From Cyanobacteria bacterium auto_48_18 (GTDB lineage: Bacteria; Cyanobacteriota; Vampirovibrionia; Obscuribacterales; Obscuribacteraceae), in the NCBI GenBank assembly GCA_036170915.1, contig JAVHQC010000015.1, forward strand, positions 64,001 through 128,000: DNA of 64,000 nucleotides. The letters are read 5' to 3'. The notes under the pieces are model-generated. The model saw only the letters and a list, made by a program, of their open reading frames with translations. It did not search any database and was not told the origin of the DNA. This document shows, one piece after another, positions 10,728 through 20,078 of the stretch (position 1 is the first letter of the stretch; each line of letters starts with the position of its first letter). The position numbers were made by a program, and so were the translations under genes.

Positions 10728-10758
10728 GAATACTTGCAAATTTGCTCAGGAATAATCA

Positions 10759-11679
10759 ATGCTGGCCTTAATCATCAAACGAATATTGCTGGCCATTCCA
10801 GTGCTACTGGTGGTGGCGTCGCTTACATTTGTGCTGGTGCGCATTGTTCCTGGCGGGCCGTTCGACGCCGACAAAAATTTGCCCCCGGAAATTATTGCTA
10901 ACCTCAATGCCAAATATCATTTAGACAAACCTGTGCCTGAGCAATATTTGCTTTATCTAGGTCGCCTGGCCCAGGGCGATCTTGGTGTCTCATACAAATA
11001 TGTCAATCGCACAGTCAATGATATTCTCGCTGACGCCTTTCCTGTGTCGCTACAACTGGGCACCATCAGCTTGACTCTAGCAGTGCTTGTGGGTGTGCCT
11101 TTAGGAGCTATCGCTGCAGTCTGCCGTGGGCGCAAAGAAGACGTTATTGCCATGTTTCTTTCCACCCTTGGTATCTCAGTGCCGGGTTTTGTTATTGGTG
11201 CCACACTGATTTTTGTTTTTGCCATCAAGTTGCGTGTTCTACCGGTTGGCTTATGGGAATCACCCTGGCATGTGGTATTGCCCGCAGTGACTCTGGCTTT
11301 TTCGCCTGCTGCTTATTTAGCCCGGTTAACGAGAGCATCGGTTCTTGAAATTGTCGAAAAAGACTGGGTGCGCACCGCACGCTCGAAGGGGCTATCACAG
11401 TGGAATACGGTCCTGAAGCACATATTGCGTAATTCTCTGATTCCAGTTGTCACAGTGCTCGGCCCGCTAACAGCGATTGTGATCACAGGCTCTTTTGTGG
11501 TGGAATATATTTACGCTATTCCCGGAATGGGTCGCTTTTTCATCACCGCCGTAATGAACCGCGATTATGATTTGATTTTAGGCACCACTCTGGTGTTTGC
11601 CGTGCTTTTAATTATCGCCAATACTTTTGTCGATCTGGCTTATCAGTTCCTTGACCCCCGCATGCGCATTGAGGATTAA
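10759..11679 (+). CDS. oppB: Oligopeptide ABC permease
   Basis: PGGPFD, GDLGVS, RTARSKGL EAA loop, NRDYDLI. Confidence 0.93.
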   Translation: MLALIIKRILLAIPVLLVVASLTFVLVRIVPGGPFDADKNLPPEIIANLNAKYHLDKPVPEQYLLYLGRLAQGDLGVSYKYVNRTVNDILADAFPVSLQLGTISLTLAVLVGVPLGAIAAVCRGRKEDVIAMFLSTLGISVPGFVIGATLIFVFAIKLRVLPVGLWESPWHVVLPAVTLAFSPAAYLARLTRASVLEIVEKDWVRTARSKGLSQWNTVLKHILRNSLIPVVTVLGPLTAIVITGSFVVEYIYAIPGMGRFFITAVMNRDYDLILGTTLVFAVLLIIANTFVDLAYQFLDPRMRIED

Positions 11680-11694
11680 ACTAATGGAAATTAA

Positions 11695-12591
11695 ATGGAA
11701 ATAGTCGAGAAGGCACCAGTGCCGGTGGCAGCGCCATTAGACCAAAGTGTGATGGCGCGCATCAAACGCATTCCCACCGCATATCTGGCCTTGTGGATAA
11801 TCGGTGCTATTTGTGTGGTGGCACTGCTCTCATTTATGGGATGCAGTCTCTGCCAATATTCTTTTGATCAGACCTCAAGCGATTTTCTTGCCGGGCCCAG
11901 TACTGAGCACTGGATGGGCACCGACGAGCTGGGTCGCGATTTGTTTTCGCGCATTGTTTATGGTGCCAGGTTATCCATTGCCATCGGTTTGACTACGGCC
12001 GCGGTGGCTTTTGTCATTGGCACTCTCTATGGTGCGCTTTCCGGATACCTGGGCGGCAAAGTTGACACTCTGATGATGCGCGGCGTTGATATTGCTTACT
12101 CATTGCCCGATTTGCTGGTGATGATTTTGATTGGAGTCTTACTCGGTCGCGGCACTGTTGGCATACTTATTGCACTGGGCCTGGTTAGCTGGATGGGCAC
12201 TGCACGCCTGGTGCGGGCACAATTTTTGCAACTTAAAAATGAAGAGTTTATCGAAGCCGCTCGGGCTCAAGGGCAATCAGGATGGAACATTGTTTTCAAA
12301 CATCTTCTGCCCAATGCGCTAGGGCCGATTATTGTCGCCCTGACATTTACCGTGCCGTCAGCAATTCTCTCTGAGTCTACTTTGAGCTTCATCGGTTTGG
12401 GGCTCTCACCACCCGCATGCAGCTGGGGCACGCTGGCCTCAGACGGATGGCGCTCGCTGCGAGCTCACCCGCACCTGATATTTTTCCCCTCACTTTTTAT
12501 TTTCATAACCGTACTTTCGTTCAATTTTCTTGGTGACGGCCTGCGCGATGCGCTTGATCCACGTACAAGACTGGGCAAAAAATCACATTAG
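11695..12591 (+). CDS. oppC: Oligopeptide ABC permease
   Basis: HWMGTDELGRD, EFIEAARAQG, LGDGLRDALDPR. Confidence 0.93.
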   Translation: MEIVEKAPVPVAAPLDQSVMARIKRIPTAYLALWIIGAICVVALLSFMGCSLCQYSFDQTSSDFLAGPSTEHWMGTDELGRDLFSRIVYGARLSIAIGLTTAAVAFVIGTLYGALSGYLGGKVDTLMMRGVDIAYSLPDLLVMILIGVLLGRGTVGILIALGLVSWMGTARLVRAQFLQLKNEEFIEAARAQGQSGWNIVFKHLLPNALGPIIVALTFTVPSAILSESTLSFIGLGLSPPACSWGTLASDGWRSLRAHPHLIFFPSLFIFITVLSFNFLGDGLRDALDPRTRLGKKSH

Positions 12592-12663
12592 TTTCGGTAT
12601 TTTTGTGCCACTGGTGGAACTACCGAGCAGTTGGGTACATAGTCTTGTATCTAATGGTCTGCT

Positions 12664-13086
12664 ATGGCTAATAAACCCACTTTTGAAATTGGACGCAAAG
12701 GGCTTGTAATAGTCCTGGTGCCGCTTGCCTGCAATCTGGCATTTCTCTTTGCTTTCGCCATTTTGCTGCAACAGTCTGAAGCTGAAGTACAGAGGCATAT
12801 TCGCTCAAAAGCAATTATTGCTCACGCTAATGTACTCTCTAAGAGCTTTTATGACTGCGGCATTGCCATGGGCGGATACAGTATTACCAAAAGCCCTCTT
12901 TTTGCTGATCGGTTTGAGAAAATAAAAACGGAAATTCCTCGAGAGTTGCAAGAACTGAAGATAATTGTGGGTAGTGACAATGAAAAGCAGTCACGCACCA
13001 TGGTGCGACTAGAGCGCATAACAGCTCAAGGGCTTGAGATTCTCAATAGCGCTAAAGCCGCTATCGATGATAATCGCCTAGAGTGA
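12664..13086 (+). CDS. Stand-alone truncated copy of the N-terminal sensor region of the kinase at 14942 (decoy or pseudogene)
   Basis: Shares AMGGYSITKSPLF, RSKAII, AKAAIDDNR with 14942..17209; roughly 60% identity by manual alignment. Confidence 0.75.
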   Translation: MANKPTFEIGRKGLVIVLVPLACNLAFLFAFAILLQQSEAEVQRHIRSKAIIAHANVLSKSFYDCGIAMGGYSITKSPLFADRFEKIKTEIPRELQELKIIVGSDNEKQSRTMVRLERITAQGLEILNSAKAAIDDNRLE

Positions 13087-13156
13087 GTGCCCTAATTTAG
13101 ACGATAGAAAGTACTATCGATTTGGGCACAACACAATTATCAGTCTCGAGGGTTCT

Positions 13157-13804
13157 ATGAGCGCCTTAATTTTTCGCAAAAACGCTGGTGCCGCAAGCTA
13201 CCTTGCTATGGTCGTTTTATTGACTGCCGGCACGCTACATCTGCGTCAGCATCAGCACGCCAGGTTGGGTTGTTGCGATTACAGAACTTATGTTGCCAGT
13301 CAGGTGGACAACAGAGATATGGACTTGCAGCTGTACAGGAGCGTAGTCCACTTTCGCTCAATTGGTTTCTACAACGAGTCGCGCGAGCGTTGCCTTGAAA
13401 TTATTGAGACAAACCACAATCAGGAAATTGTAGGTAAAGCTCGCGAGTACCTTGAGACTGGCTTGCTTGACCATAAACTTGATGATGCGGTGCAGCTAAA
13501 ATATAACACCGCAATGAAGGAATTTCGCGACAACCCCGAGCTGGCAGAAAAGCTGGTGCGTCAATGCCTCAACCAAGATCCTAAATTCTTCCATGCCAAA
13601 GGCTCGCTTGCCCTGATGCTTAGTTGTAATGGTCAATCCAGGCAAGCGATTTGCCTCTTAGACGAAGTTTTGAGGCAAAACCCTAAATATGCGAGAGGCT
13701 ATTTTTTCCTTTCTCAAATTTATGATCAGCTTGGTGAGGCTGACCTTGCTTCCACAGCAAGACTCAAAGCAGCTAAGCTCGATCCTGATTCGATGTTCTA
13801 TTGA
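13157..13804 (+). CDS. TPR protein with N-terminal hydrophobic segment
   Basis: TPR-like repeats (DPKFFHAKGSLA, NPKYARGYFFLSQIY, AAKLDP). Confidence 0.7.
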   Translation: MSALIFRKNAGAASYLAMVVLLTAGTLHLRQHQHARLGCCDYRTYVASQVDNRDMDLQLYRSVVHFRSIGFYNESRERCLEIIETNHNQEIVGKAREYLETGLLDHKLDDAVQLKYNTAMKEFRDNPELAEKLVRQCLNQDPKFFHAKGSLALMLSCNGQSRQAICLLDEVLRQNPKYARGYFFLSQIYDQLGEADLASTARLKAAKLDPDSMFY

Positions 13805-13888
13805 CGCCACGGTTCAGCGATTTTTGTAAGATTGGCACAGGTTCTGATAAACCTGTTTCTAATGCCGCCCCAGCGGGTATGAACATCA

Positions 13889-14920
13889 GTGGATGGGGCT
13901 CTCGGCCAGAAAGCGGAATTATTCATGCGCTCACTATCGCCTTTTATAATTGCACTAACAGTCGCATTTTGCGCCACACTTTGCGCCGGGCCCGCTCTGG
14001 CCGATGATAAGGGTTGGGTTCTGACTCAGCGTTCGGCCAATTTTGGCGATCAGTATGTCTATATCAGCCCCACGGGTTTGAAGCTGGTTAGTCCTAAGCA
14101 AGGTGTCAACATCGTCACCAGCGCTCCTGATTGGAACGTTGCCCTGTACAACGATAAAACTCGCATGTATTACAGCACCAGCTTTGCCAAATGGATGCAA
14201 GATTTAGATCGCAAGCTGGCTGGCCGGGGTCAAGACATGTCCCAGCGAAAATGGACTAAATCCGGTTCACATAATATTGCTGGTTTGCAAGCCACTCAGT
14301 ATGTCGTAGAAGGCGGCACAGCCCAGATGGCTGCCAAACATTCAGCAGGTATTCGGCACGCCGATTGTTGGATTTCTGACGATATTGCCGTACCTCCGCA
14401 AATTTCACAAATGCTGGCCAAAGTTTATGGTCTGCCAGATACCAGAACTTTTCCGTTGAAAGTAAGCACTGTTTCCACTTCCGGTACGCTTACTAACATG
14501 CTAGATACTTACCGCACCCAAGTCTGTCCCATTCCTGCTCATTATTTCGGTCTACCTCAAGGCTATCGTCGTGCCGACAGCGAAGCTGAGGTGATGGTTG
14601 ACGATGAGACCAGGCAAATTCTTAATGACCTGGCTTCGGATCAACCTAATAGGCAGACTCCTTCGCCCACGCAAACTTACGCACAACCGACTTATCAACC
14701 GCAGCCAGCATTCAGGCCAACGGCTCAGCCAGCTGTTGTGCCGGTCCAGCAAGGCAACAATCCAGTTACACCGCCGGTGGCATCCACCCCTGCTCCTTTG
14801 ACTCCATCTGTAGGTCCAAACGGCGAACCGTCCATCAACCTTGGTGGCGGCTACAGTCTTGACCGCGAAAAATTGCAGCGCATTAAAGAAGCACTGCTGA
14901 ATCCCAACAAGAAACCCTGA
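13889..14920 (+). CDS. Secreted hypothetical protein (DUF4412-like), Pro/Gln-rich C-tail
   Basis: Signal peptide (..GPALA|DD), APDW and F-x-LP-x-GY motifs shared with 42166..42966. Confidence 0.6.
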   Translation: MDGALGQKAELFMRSLSPFIIALTVAFCATLCAGPALADDKGWVLTQRSANFGDQYVYISPTGLKLVSPKQGVNIVTSAPDWNVALYNDKTRMYYSTSFAKWMQDLDRKLAGRGQDMSQRKWTKSGSHNIAGLQATQYVVEGGTAQMAAKHSAGIRHADCWISDDIAVPPQISQMLAKVYGLPDTRTFPLKVSTVSTSGTLTNMLDTYRTQVCPIPAHYFGLPQGYRRADSEAEVMVDDETRQILNDLASDQPNRQTPSPTQTYAQPTYQPQPAFRPTAQPAVVPVQQGNNPVTPPVASTPAPLTPSVGPNGEPSINLGGGYSLDREKLQRIKEALLNPNKKP

Positions 14921-14941
14921 TCACCGAGTATAGGACGTCGC

Positions 14942-17209
14942 ATGCGACTCAATCTTCAACTTAAGATTTCGCATAAGGGATTTATTCTCGTATTAGTTCC
15001 GCTCGTTTTCGAACTTGTGTTTTTGATTGTGCTCTCGGTACTTTTGCAACAAGCCGAAGTTGAAGTGCAGCGACAGGTGCGTTCAAAGGCAATTATTTCG
15101 CAGGCCAATGCTCTTTCCAAATTGTTCTATGATGCAGGCGTAGCCATGGGTGGCTACAGTATTACCAAGAGCCCGTTGTTCTCAGATCGTTATGACAAAA
15201 TCGTGCGCCAGATTCCCCTCGATTTAGCCGAACTTAAAGGGCTCGTTGGCGACAATGATAAACAGCAGTTGATTTTAGGACGACTGCAGACCATTACATC
15301 AGACGGTTTGAAAATTTTAGGTGAAGCTAAAGCGGCCATTGACGACAACCGTGTAGACGTGGCGCAGTTCCGTGCCAGACACATGTACAAACAAATCAGG
15401 CAGCTGGCTGACCAGTTGCAAGACGAGTTGAAAGGGCTGACTGAAGACGAAAGGAAAATTGAAAGCGAGAGTCCGGAACAACAAAATAGATCCCGGGCGG
15501 CGGTAAAGATGTTCCTGGTCTTTGGTGTCGTACTGAATATTGGTATAGCCTTCTTGCTCTTGTATTATTTCTTGCGCAGCATTTCTACTCGTCTAAATAC
15601 AGTGACAGACAACTCATTTAGATTGGCTCGTGGTCAGAAATTGCGGCCGCCTCTCAGTGGCAACGATGAAATCGCGCAGCTCGATGACGCATTCCGTAGT
15701 ATGGCTGAAGCACTGGCAGAGGCCAGCCGTAAAGAACGAGCCGTAATCGAAAATGCTGCTGATGTAATTTGTTCTATTGATATGGATGGCAAATTCGTGG
15801 CCGTTAACCCCGCATCTTACGAGAGCTGGGGCTTCTATCCTGATGAGCTGATGGGGCGCCGCTTTATCGAAGTGATCATGCCTGAAGATGTGCCTGATAC
15901 CATCCGCGCCGTGCGCTCCGTGCGTGGTGCCACTAGTAAAGTCAACTTTGAAAACCGCGTCAAGAAACGCGATGGCAGTATGGTTAACGTCTTGTGGTCG
16001 GCAGACTGGTCCGAAAAAGACCGAGCATTATTCTGCGTTGCCCACGACATTACTCAGCGTAAATTAGTAGAAGAAGCGATTAAGGCTAACGAAGCTCGCA
16101 TTCGCAACATCATCAATAACATGATGGTGGGCCTGATTATTGTCACCCGCGATGGTTTAATCGAGTCAATCAACCCGCGCACAGAGTCAATGTTCTCCAC
16201 TCGCAGCCATGAAATGCTTGGCCGCCACATGATGTCGCTCTTTGCTGACGCTCGCCATTTCTCAGTCAACGACCCCAGTGATCGCCAGGCCTTTATGGAA
16301 ACATTGTTCACTAAAGCCTTGAATCGCATTGGTGAATTTGACTGCTTGTCCGCCAATGGCGAAGATTTCCCTGTGGAAATTTCATTGACCGAATTCGTTT
16401 CTCCAGATGGTGCGGTGCGCTTTATGGCTAACGTACTTGATGTGTCTGAGCGCAAAGAAGTAGAGCGCATGAAGAAAGAATTCGTTTCTACTGTGTCACA
16501 CGAGCTGCGCACGCCTCTCACATCTATTCGTGGATCGCTCACACTGTTGGCTGTGGGTGCCATGGGCTCGCTGCCTGAGCAGGCGAAGAAAGTAGTGACT
16601 ATTGCCGAACGCAACACCATAAGATTGATTGGCTTGATTAACGATATTCTCGATGTTGAAAAACTCGAAGCAGGCAAACTCGACATGGAGCTGGCAGACG
16701 TAGGCGTGGCTTCAATTTTCGAGCGTTCAGAACAAGCGGTCAATACATTTGCTGCTAACAATGGTGTTCTACTCGAGATGCAACCCAGTGGCGAAATGGT
16801 GCATGCCGATGGCGACCGTCTGGTGCAGGTGCTCGTCAACTTGATTTCCAACGCCGTTAAATTCTCGCCCAAAGGTGCGGCAGTGACCGTAAGCTCGGCT
16901 GAAATTCCTGGCGGATTTATTGAAGTGCACGTCACTGATAGAGGCCGCGGTATTCCAGAGAGCTTTAAAAACAGATTGTTTCAAAGGTTCCAACAAGTTG
17001 AAGCATCAGATGCTAAGAAGAAAGGTGGTACCGGTCTTGGTCTGGCCATCTGTAAGGGTATCGTTGAGCAACACGGTGGCACCATTGGTGTCGAATCGGA
17101 AGAAGGTAAGGGTTCCACATTCTGGTTCCGCATTCCGAAGGCGCACAATGTCCCAAAGCACCAGGTGCAGGTGCTTGAGCCTGCCGCTTTGCAATCGCGT
17201 CCTTTCTAA
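14942..17209 (+). CDS. Membrane sensor histidine kinase (periplasmic helical sensor, HAMP, 2 PAS, HisKA, HATPase)
   Basis: Two TM, GNDEIAQL HAMP, SHELRTPL H-box, NLISNAVKF, DRGRGI, GGTGLGL. Confidence 0.95.
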   Translation: MRLNLQLKISHKGFILVLVPLVFELVFLIVLSVLLQQAEVEVQRQVRSKAIISQANALSKLFYDAGVAMGGYSITKSPLFSDRYDKIVRQIPLDLAELKGLVGDNDKQQLILGRLQTITSDGLKILGEAKAAIDDNRVDVAQFRARHMYKQIRQLADQLQDELKGLTEDERKIESESPEQQNRSRAAVKMFLVFGVVLNIGIAFLLLYYFLRSISTRLNTVTDNSFRLARGQKLRPPLSGNDEIAQLDDAFRSMAEALAEASRKERAVIENAADVICSIDMDGKFVAVNPASYESWGFYPDELMGRRFIEVIMPEDVPDTIRAVRSVRGATSKVNFENRVKKRDGSMVNVLWSADWSEKDRALFCVAHDITQRKLVEEAIKANEARIRNIINNMMVGLIIVTRDGLIESINPRTESMFSTRSHEMLGRHMMSLFADARHFSVNDPSDRQAFMETLFTKALNRIGEFDCLSANGEDFPVEISLTEFVSPDGAVRFMANVLDVSERKEVERMKKEFVSTVSHELRTPLTSIRGSLTLLAVGAMGSLPEQAKKVVTIAERNTIRLIGLINDILDVEKLEAGKLDMELADVGVASIFERSEQAVNTFAANNGVLLEMQPSGEMVHADGDRLVQVLVNLISNAVKFSPKGAAVTVSSAEIPGGFIEVHVTDRGRGIPESFKNRLFQRFQQVEASDAKKKGGTGLGLAICKGIVEQHGGTIGVESEEGKGSTFWFRIPKAHNVPKHQVQVLEPAALQSRPF

Positions 17210-17328
17210 GCGTTAATTTAAAGCCAAAATGGTTTTCACCAGGCATTTTTGGTGAACACTTTTAAGTGTATTGTTTTAGATATTCATTTGGATCAGGGAT
17301 CAAATTTAGTCTTTGGGGAAATTGTTAA

Positions 17329-17736
17329 ATGAAGGTTCTCATAATTGATGACGAAGAGGACTTTCGCACGGTGGCCAGCTCATGCTTGGGCCTGCTGGGC
17401 GGAGACACTGTGCGGGAAGCCTGCTCTGGTAAAGAGGGGCTTGAGATGGCCAGAGAAGAGGTGCCTGATGTAATTCTTCTCGACCTGGTGATGGAAGGCA
17501 TGGATGGTATGCAAACTCTGGCCAATCTGCGTGAAATTCCGGAAGCTGCCACTGTGCCAGTGATTTTTTGCACCACCAAAGGCATGTTTCCTGAGTTCGA
17601 AGAAATGAAAAAGCTGGGTGCCCTGGCGGTGATCACCAAGCCTTTCGATCCTCTAAAGCTCTCTGAGCAGATCAAAGATATCCTCAAAGGTGCCGGTTTT
17701 GCGGCAGCTAGTGCCACCAATGCGGCGGGAAACTAG
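17329..17736 (+). CDS. Single-domain response regulator
   Basis: LIIDDE, ILLDLVM, KPF. Confidence 0.92.
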   Translation: MKVLIIDDEEDFRTVASSCLGLLGGDTVREACSGKEGLEMAREEVPDVILLDLVMEGMDGMQTLANLREIPEAATVPVIFCTTKGMFPEFEEMKKLGALAVITKPFDPLKLSEQIKDILKGAGFAAASATNAAGN

Positions 17737-17828
17737 CTACAAAGAAACAGGGGAACTAAAGCAATACTGGGTATTAAGTGTGTAATGGCGATTTTGGCGT
17801 TTAGAAAGAAGAAAATTTAGGAGAGACA

Positions 17829-18206
17829 ATGAGAGTTCTCATCATTGACGATGAAGAAGATACCCGTTCGATTGCCAGTATGAGCCTAACTATTCTTGGC
17901 GGATTGGAAGTAATCGAAGCAGAAAATGGACAGGACGGCGTGAACAAAGCGGCGGCAGAACAGCCTGATGTGATCTTGCTAGATATGATGATGCCCATCA
18001 TGGACGGACCAAGCACTCTCGAAGCGCTGCGCAGCAATGATCGCACTCGCAATATTCCTGTAATTTTCCTCACCGCTAAAGCTATGACTTCAGAAATTGA
18101 AAGACTGAAACGCATGGGCGCGCGCGGCATTCTTACTAAGCCTTTTGATCCTACGGTTCTGGCTACTCAAATGAAAGCCATACTTGACACCACATCACCA
18201 AGCTAG
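17829..18206 (+). CDS. Single-domain response regulator
   Basis: LIIDDE, ILLDMMMP, FLTA, KPF. Confidence 0.94.
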   Translation: MRVLIIDDEEDTRSIASMSLTILGGLEVIEAENGQDGVNKAAAEQPDVILLDMMMPIMDGPSTLEALRSNDRTRNIPVIFLTAKAMTSEIERLKRMGARGILTKPFDPTVLATQMKAILDTTSPS

Positions 18207-18255
18207 CAAGAATACGCCTGCAAGAACACTAAGGGTACAAGGGGTTAGATAAGGC

Positions 18256-19914
18256 ATGGCTTCCTGGCAGGAAACCTTCTCGGAACTTAAGAGTCAATAT
18301 GTGCAGCGCTCAACTGATAGGCTTGCACAAATCATTGAGTTGTTCACAAAACTGCTGTCGAACCCATTGAACAAAGACCTGGCTAACCAACTCAGTCGCC
18401 ACTACCATTGGCTGGCTGGCTCCGGCAGTATGTACGGTTTTCAGAGAGTATCAGCGCTGGGTGTGGAAGGCGAAAAATTGTGCGAAACAATTATGCGCCA
18501 GAACGGGCCGGCTTCGCCTGCCGATCTCGAGCGCATGAAAGCGCTTTTGCAAGAACTTTCAACTCAGTTTACCGGGGGCGATGAAGCACCGGAAACTACT
18601 AATTTAGGCAAAGTCAGAACTGTTGCTCATTCAGGCCGGCAGGAAGTGCTGGTGATTGACGATGATCAAAAAGATCTGGAATCTTTGAAAAAGTTGGTGG
18701 AAGAAAACGATTTTGGTTTTCGCAGTGCCAGATCTTTTGCCACCACTATTGGTGAATTAGAAAAGCGCATGCCCGAAGGCATGATTTTAGAGATACCCTT
18801 GCCTGACGGTGATGCATATGAGCTGGTGGAGCGCATTCGCGCTATGCCCGGCGGTGACGAGATGGCCATTATTATCGTCTCTAAGCAAACCGGATTTTTA
18901 GACAAAGTGCGATCGATTCATTGTGGTGCTGATGCTCACTTTGAAAAACCAATTGATGCCAAAGCGATGTTTCGTCGTTTGCGTTATTTACTCGACAAAC
19001 GCTACCAAGAAACTCCTCGCATTCTTTCTGTTGAAGATGATCCTGATCAAGCTGCCTTTATTCGCGCTTTTCTCGAATCGGCCGGCTATCAGGTGCGCAC
19101 TTGCACTGATCCTAAAAATTTCGAATCATACATGTCGGCCTTCCAACCTGATCTGGTTTTACTAGATGTGATGTTGCCTGGCATGACCGGCTATGAACTA
19201 GCGCGCTACGTGCGTCAAGACGAAAGGCATGCCACGTTGCCTATTCTCTTTTTGACTACTCAGGGTCAAATCGATGCCCGCATCGAGAGCGCCAGGGCTG
19301 GTGGCGACGATCACCTGGTCAAACCTGTGCCGCCGGCTTTGCTATTGAGCTCAGTTTCTTCACGGCTCGAACGAGCAAGATTTCTCAAAACACTTCTGCA
19401 CAGAGATGGTCTGACCAGTTTGCTCAACCATACTTCTTTCATGGAGCAGGCCAATACTGTTATTGCTCAGCGCAAAAGACATGCCGGCTTTACAGTTTTG
19501 ATGTTGCTCGACATTGATTATTTCCGCTCTATAAATGAACGGCACGGCTACCCTGGAGGGGATAAAGTGCTGGTCGCCCTTTCGCTGCTTCTAAGGCGGC
19601 GGCTCAGGCAGTCAGATATTATCGGACGCTATGCTGGAGATGAATTTGCCATCATTGCTGAAGGTCTCGACGAAAAAGAAGCACTGGCATTATCGTCGCG
19701 CTTGATTGCAGATTTTGCCGCCATTCAACACTCGACCCTTTCGCACGCCGGATTTTACGCCACCTGCTCGTCTGGCATTGCCGTGCTCGATGCCAAAACT
19801 ATGACAGTAGAAACCTGGGTCAAATCAGCCTTTCGCGCCTTGCAAGAAGCAAAGGCAGCCGGCCGCAATTGCGCCGTTACATTCCACGAAGAGATGAACT
19901 CTGTTTCTAAGTAA
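18256..19914 (+). CDS. Hpt-REC-REC-GGDEF diguanylate cyclase-type regulator
   Basis: HWLAGSGSMYG Hpt motif, two receiver domains, DGLTSLLN, RQSD I-site, RYAGDEF. Confidence 0.9.
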   Translation: MASWQETFSELKSQYVQRSTDRLAQIIELFTKLLSNPLNKDLANQLSRHYHWLAGSGSMYGFQRVSALGVEGEKLCETIMRQNGPASPADLERMKALLQELSTQFTGGDEAPETTNLGKVRTVAHSGRQEVLVIDDDQKDLESLKKLVEENDFGFRSARSFATTIGELEKRMPEGMILEIPLPDGDAYELVERIRAMPGGDEMAIIIVSKQTGFLDKVRSIHCGADAHFEKPIDAKAMFRRLRYLLDKRYQETPRILSVEDDPDQAAFIRAFLESAGYQVRTCTDPKNFESYMSAFQPDLVLLDVMLPGMTGYELARYVRQDERHATLPILFLTTQGQIDARIESARAGGDDHLVKPVPPALLLSSVSSRLERARFLKTLLHRDGLTSLLNHTSFMEQANTVIAQRKRHAGFTVLMLLDIDYFRSINERHGYPGGDKVLVALSLLLRRRLRQSDIIGRYAGDEFAIIAEGLDEKEALALSSRLIADFAAIQHSTLSHAGFYATCSSGIAVLDAKTMTVETWVKSAFRALQEAKAAGRNCAVTFHEEMNSVSK

Positions 19915-20078
19915 AGCCAAGAGGCTATTATTACTGTGCCAGCACTTCTTTCGAGAGGGGTTCTGGCCCGAGTGGCGCTTCTGGCCATCGTCTGTGGCCA
20001 TGCTTTATCGTTCTACTGTCTCGTTCTCGGCCTCGTTCTCGGCCTCGTCCGTACCAAATGACATGATTTGCGGAGACC

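Noticed and set aside
9072..12591. opp operon lacking oppD/oppF
   Set aside because: ATPase genes are commonly encoded elsewhere; not unusual
20021..20049. Short CTCGTTCTCGGC duplication upstream of gpsA
   Set aside because: About two units only; consistent with the small slippage duplications seen elsewhere (3864, 42253)
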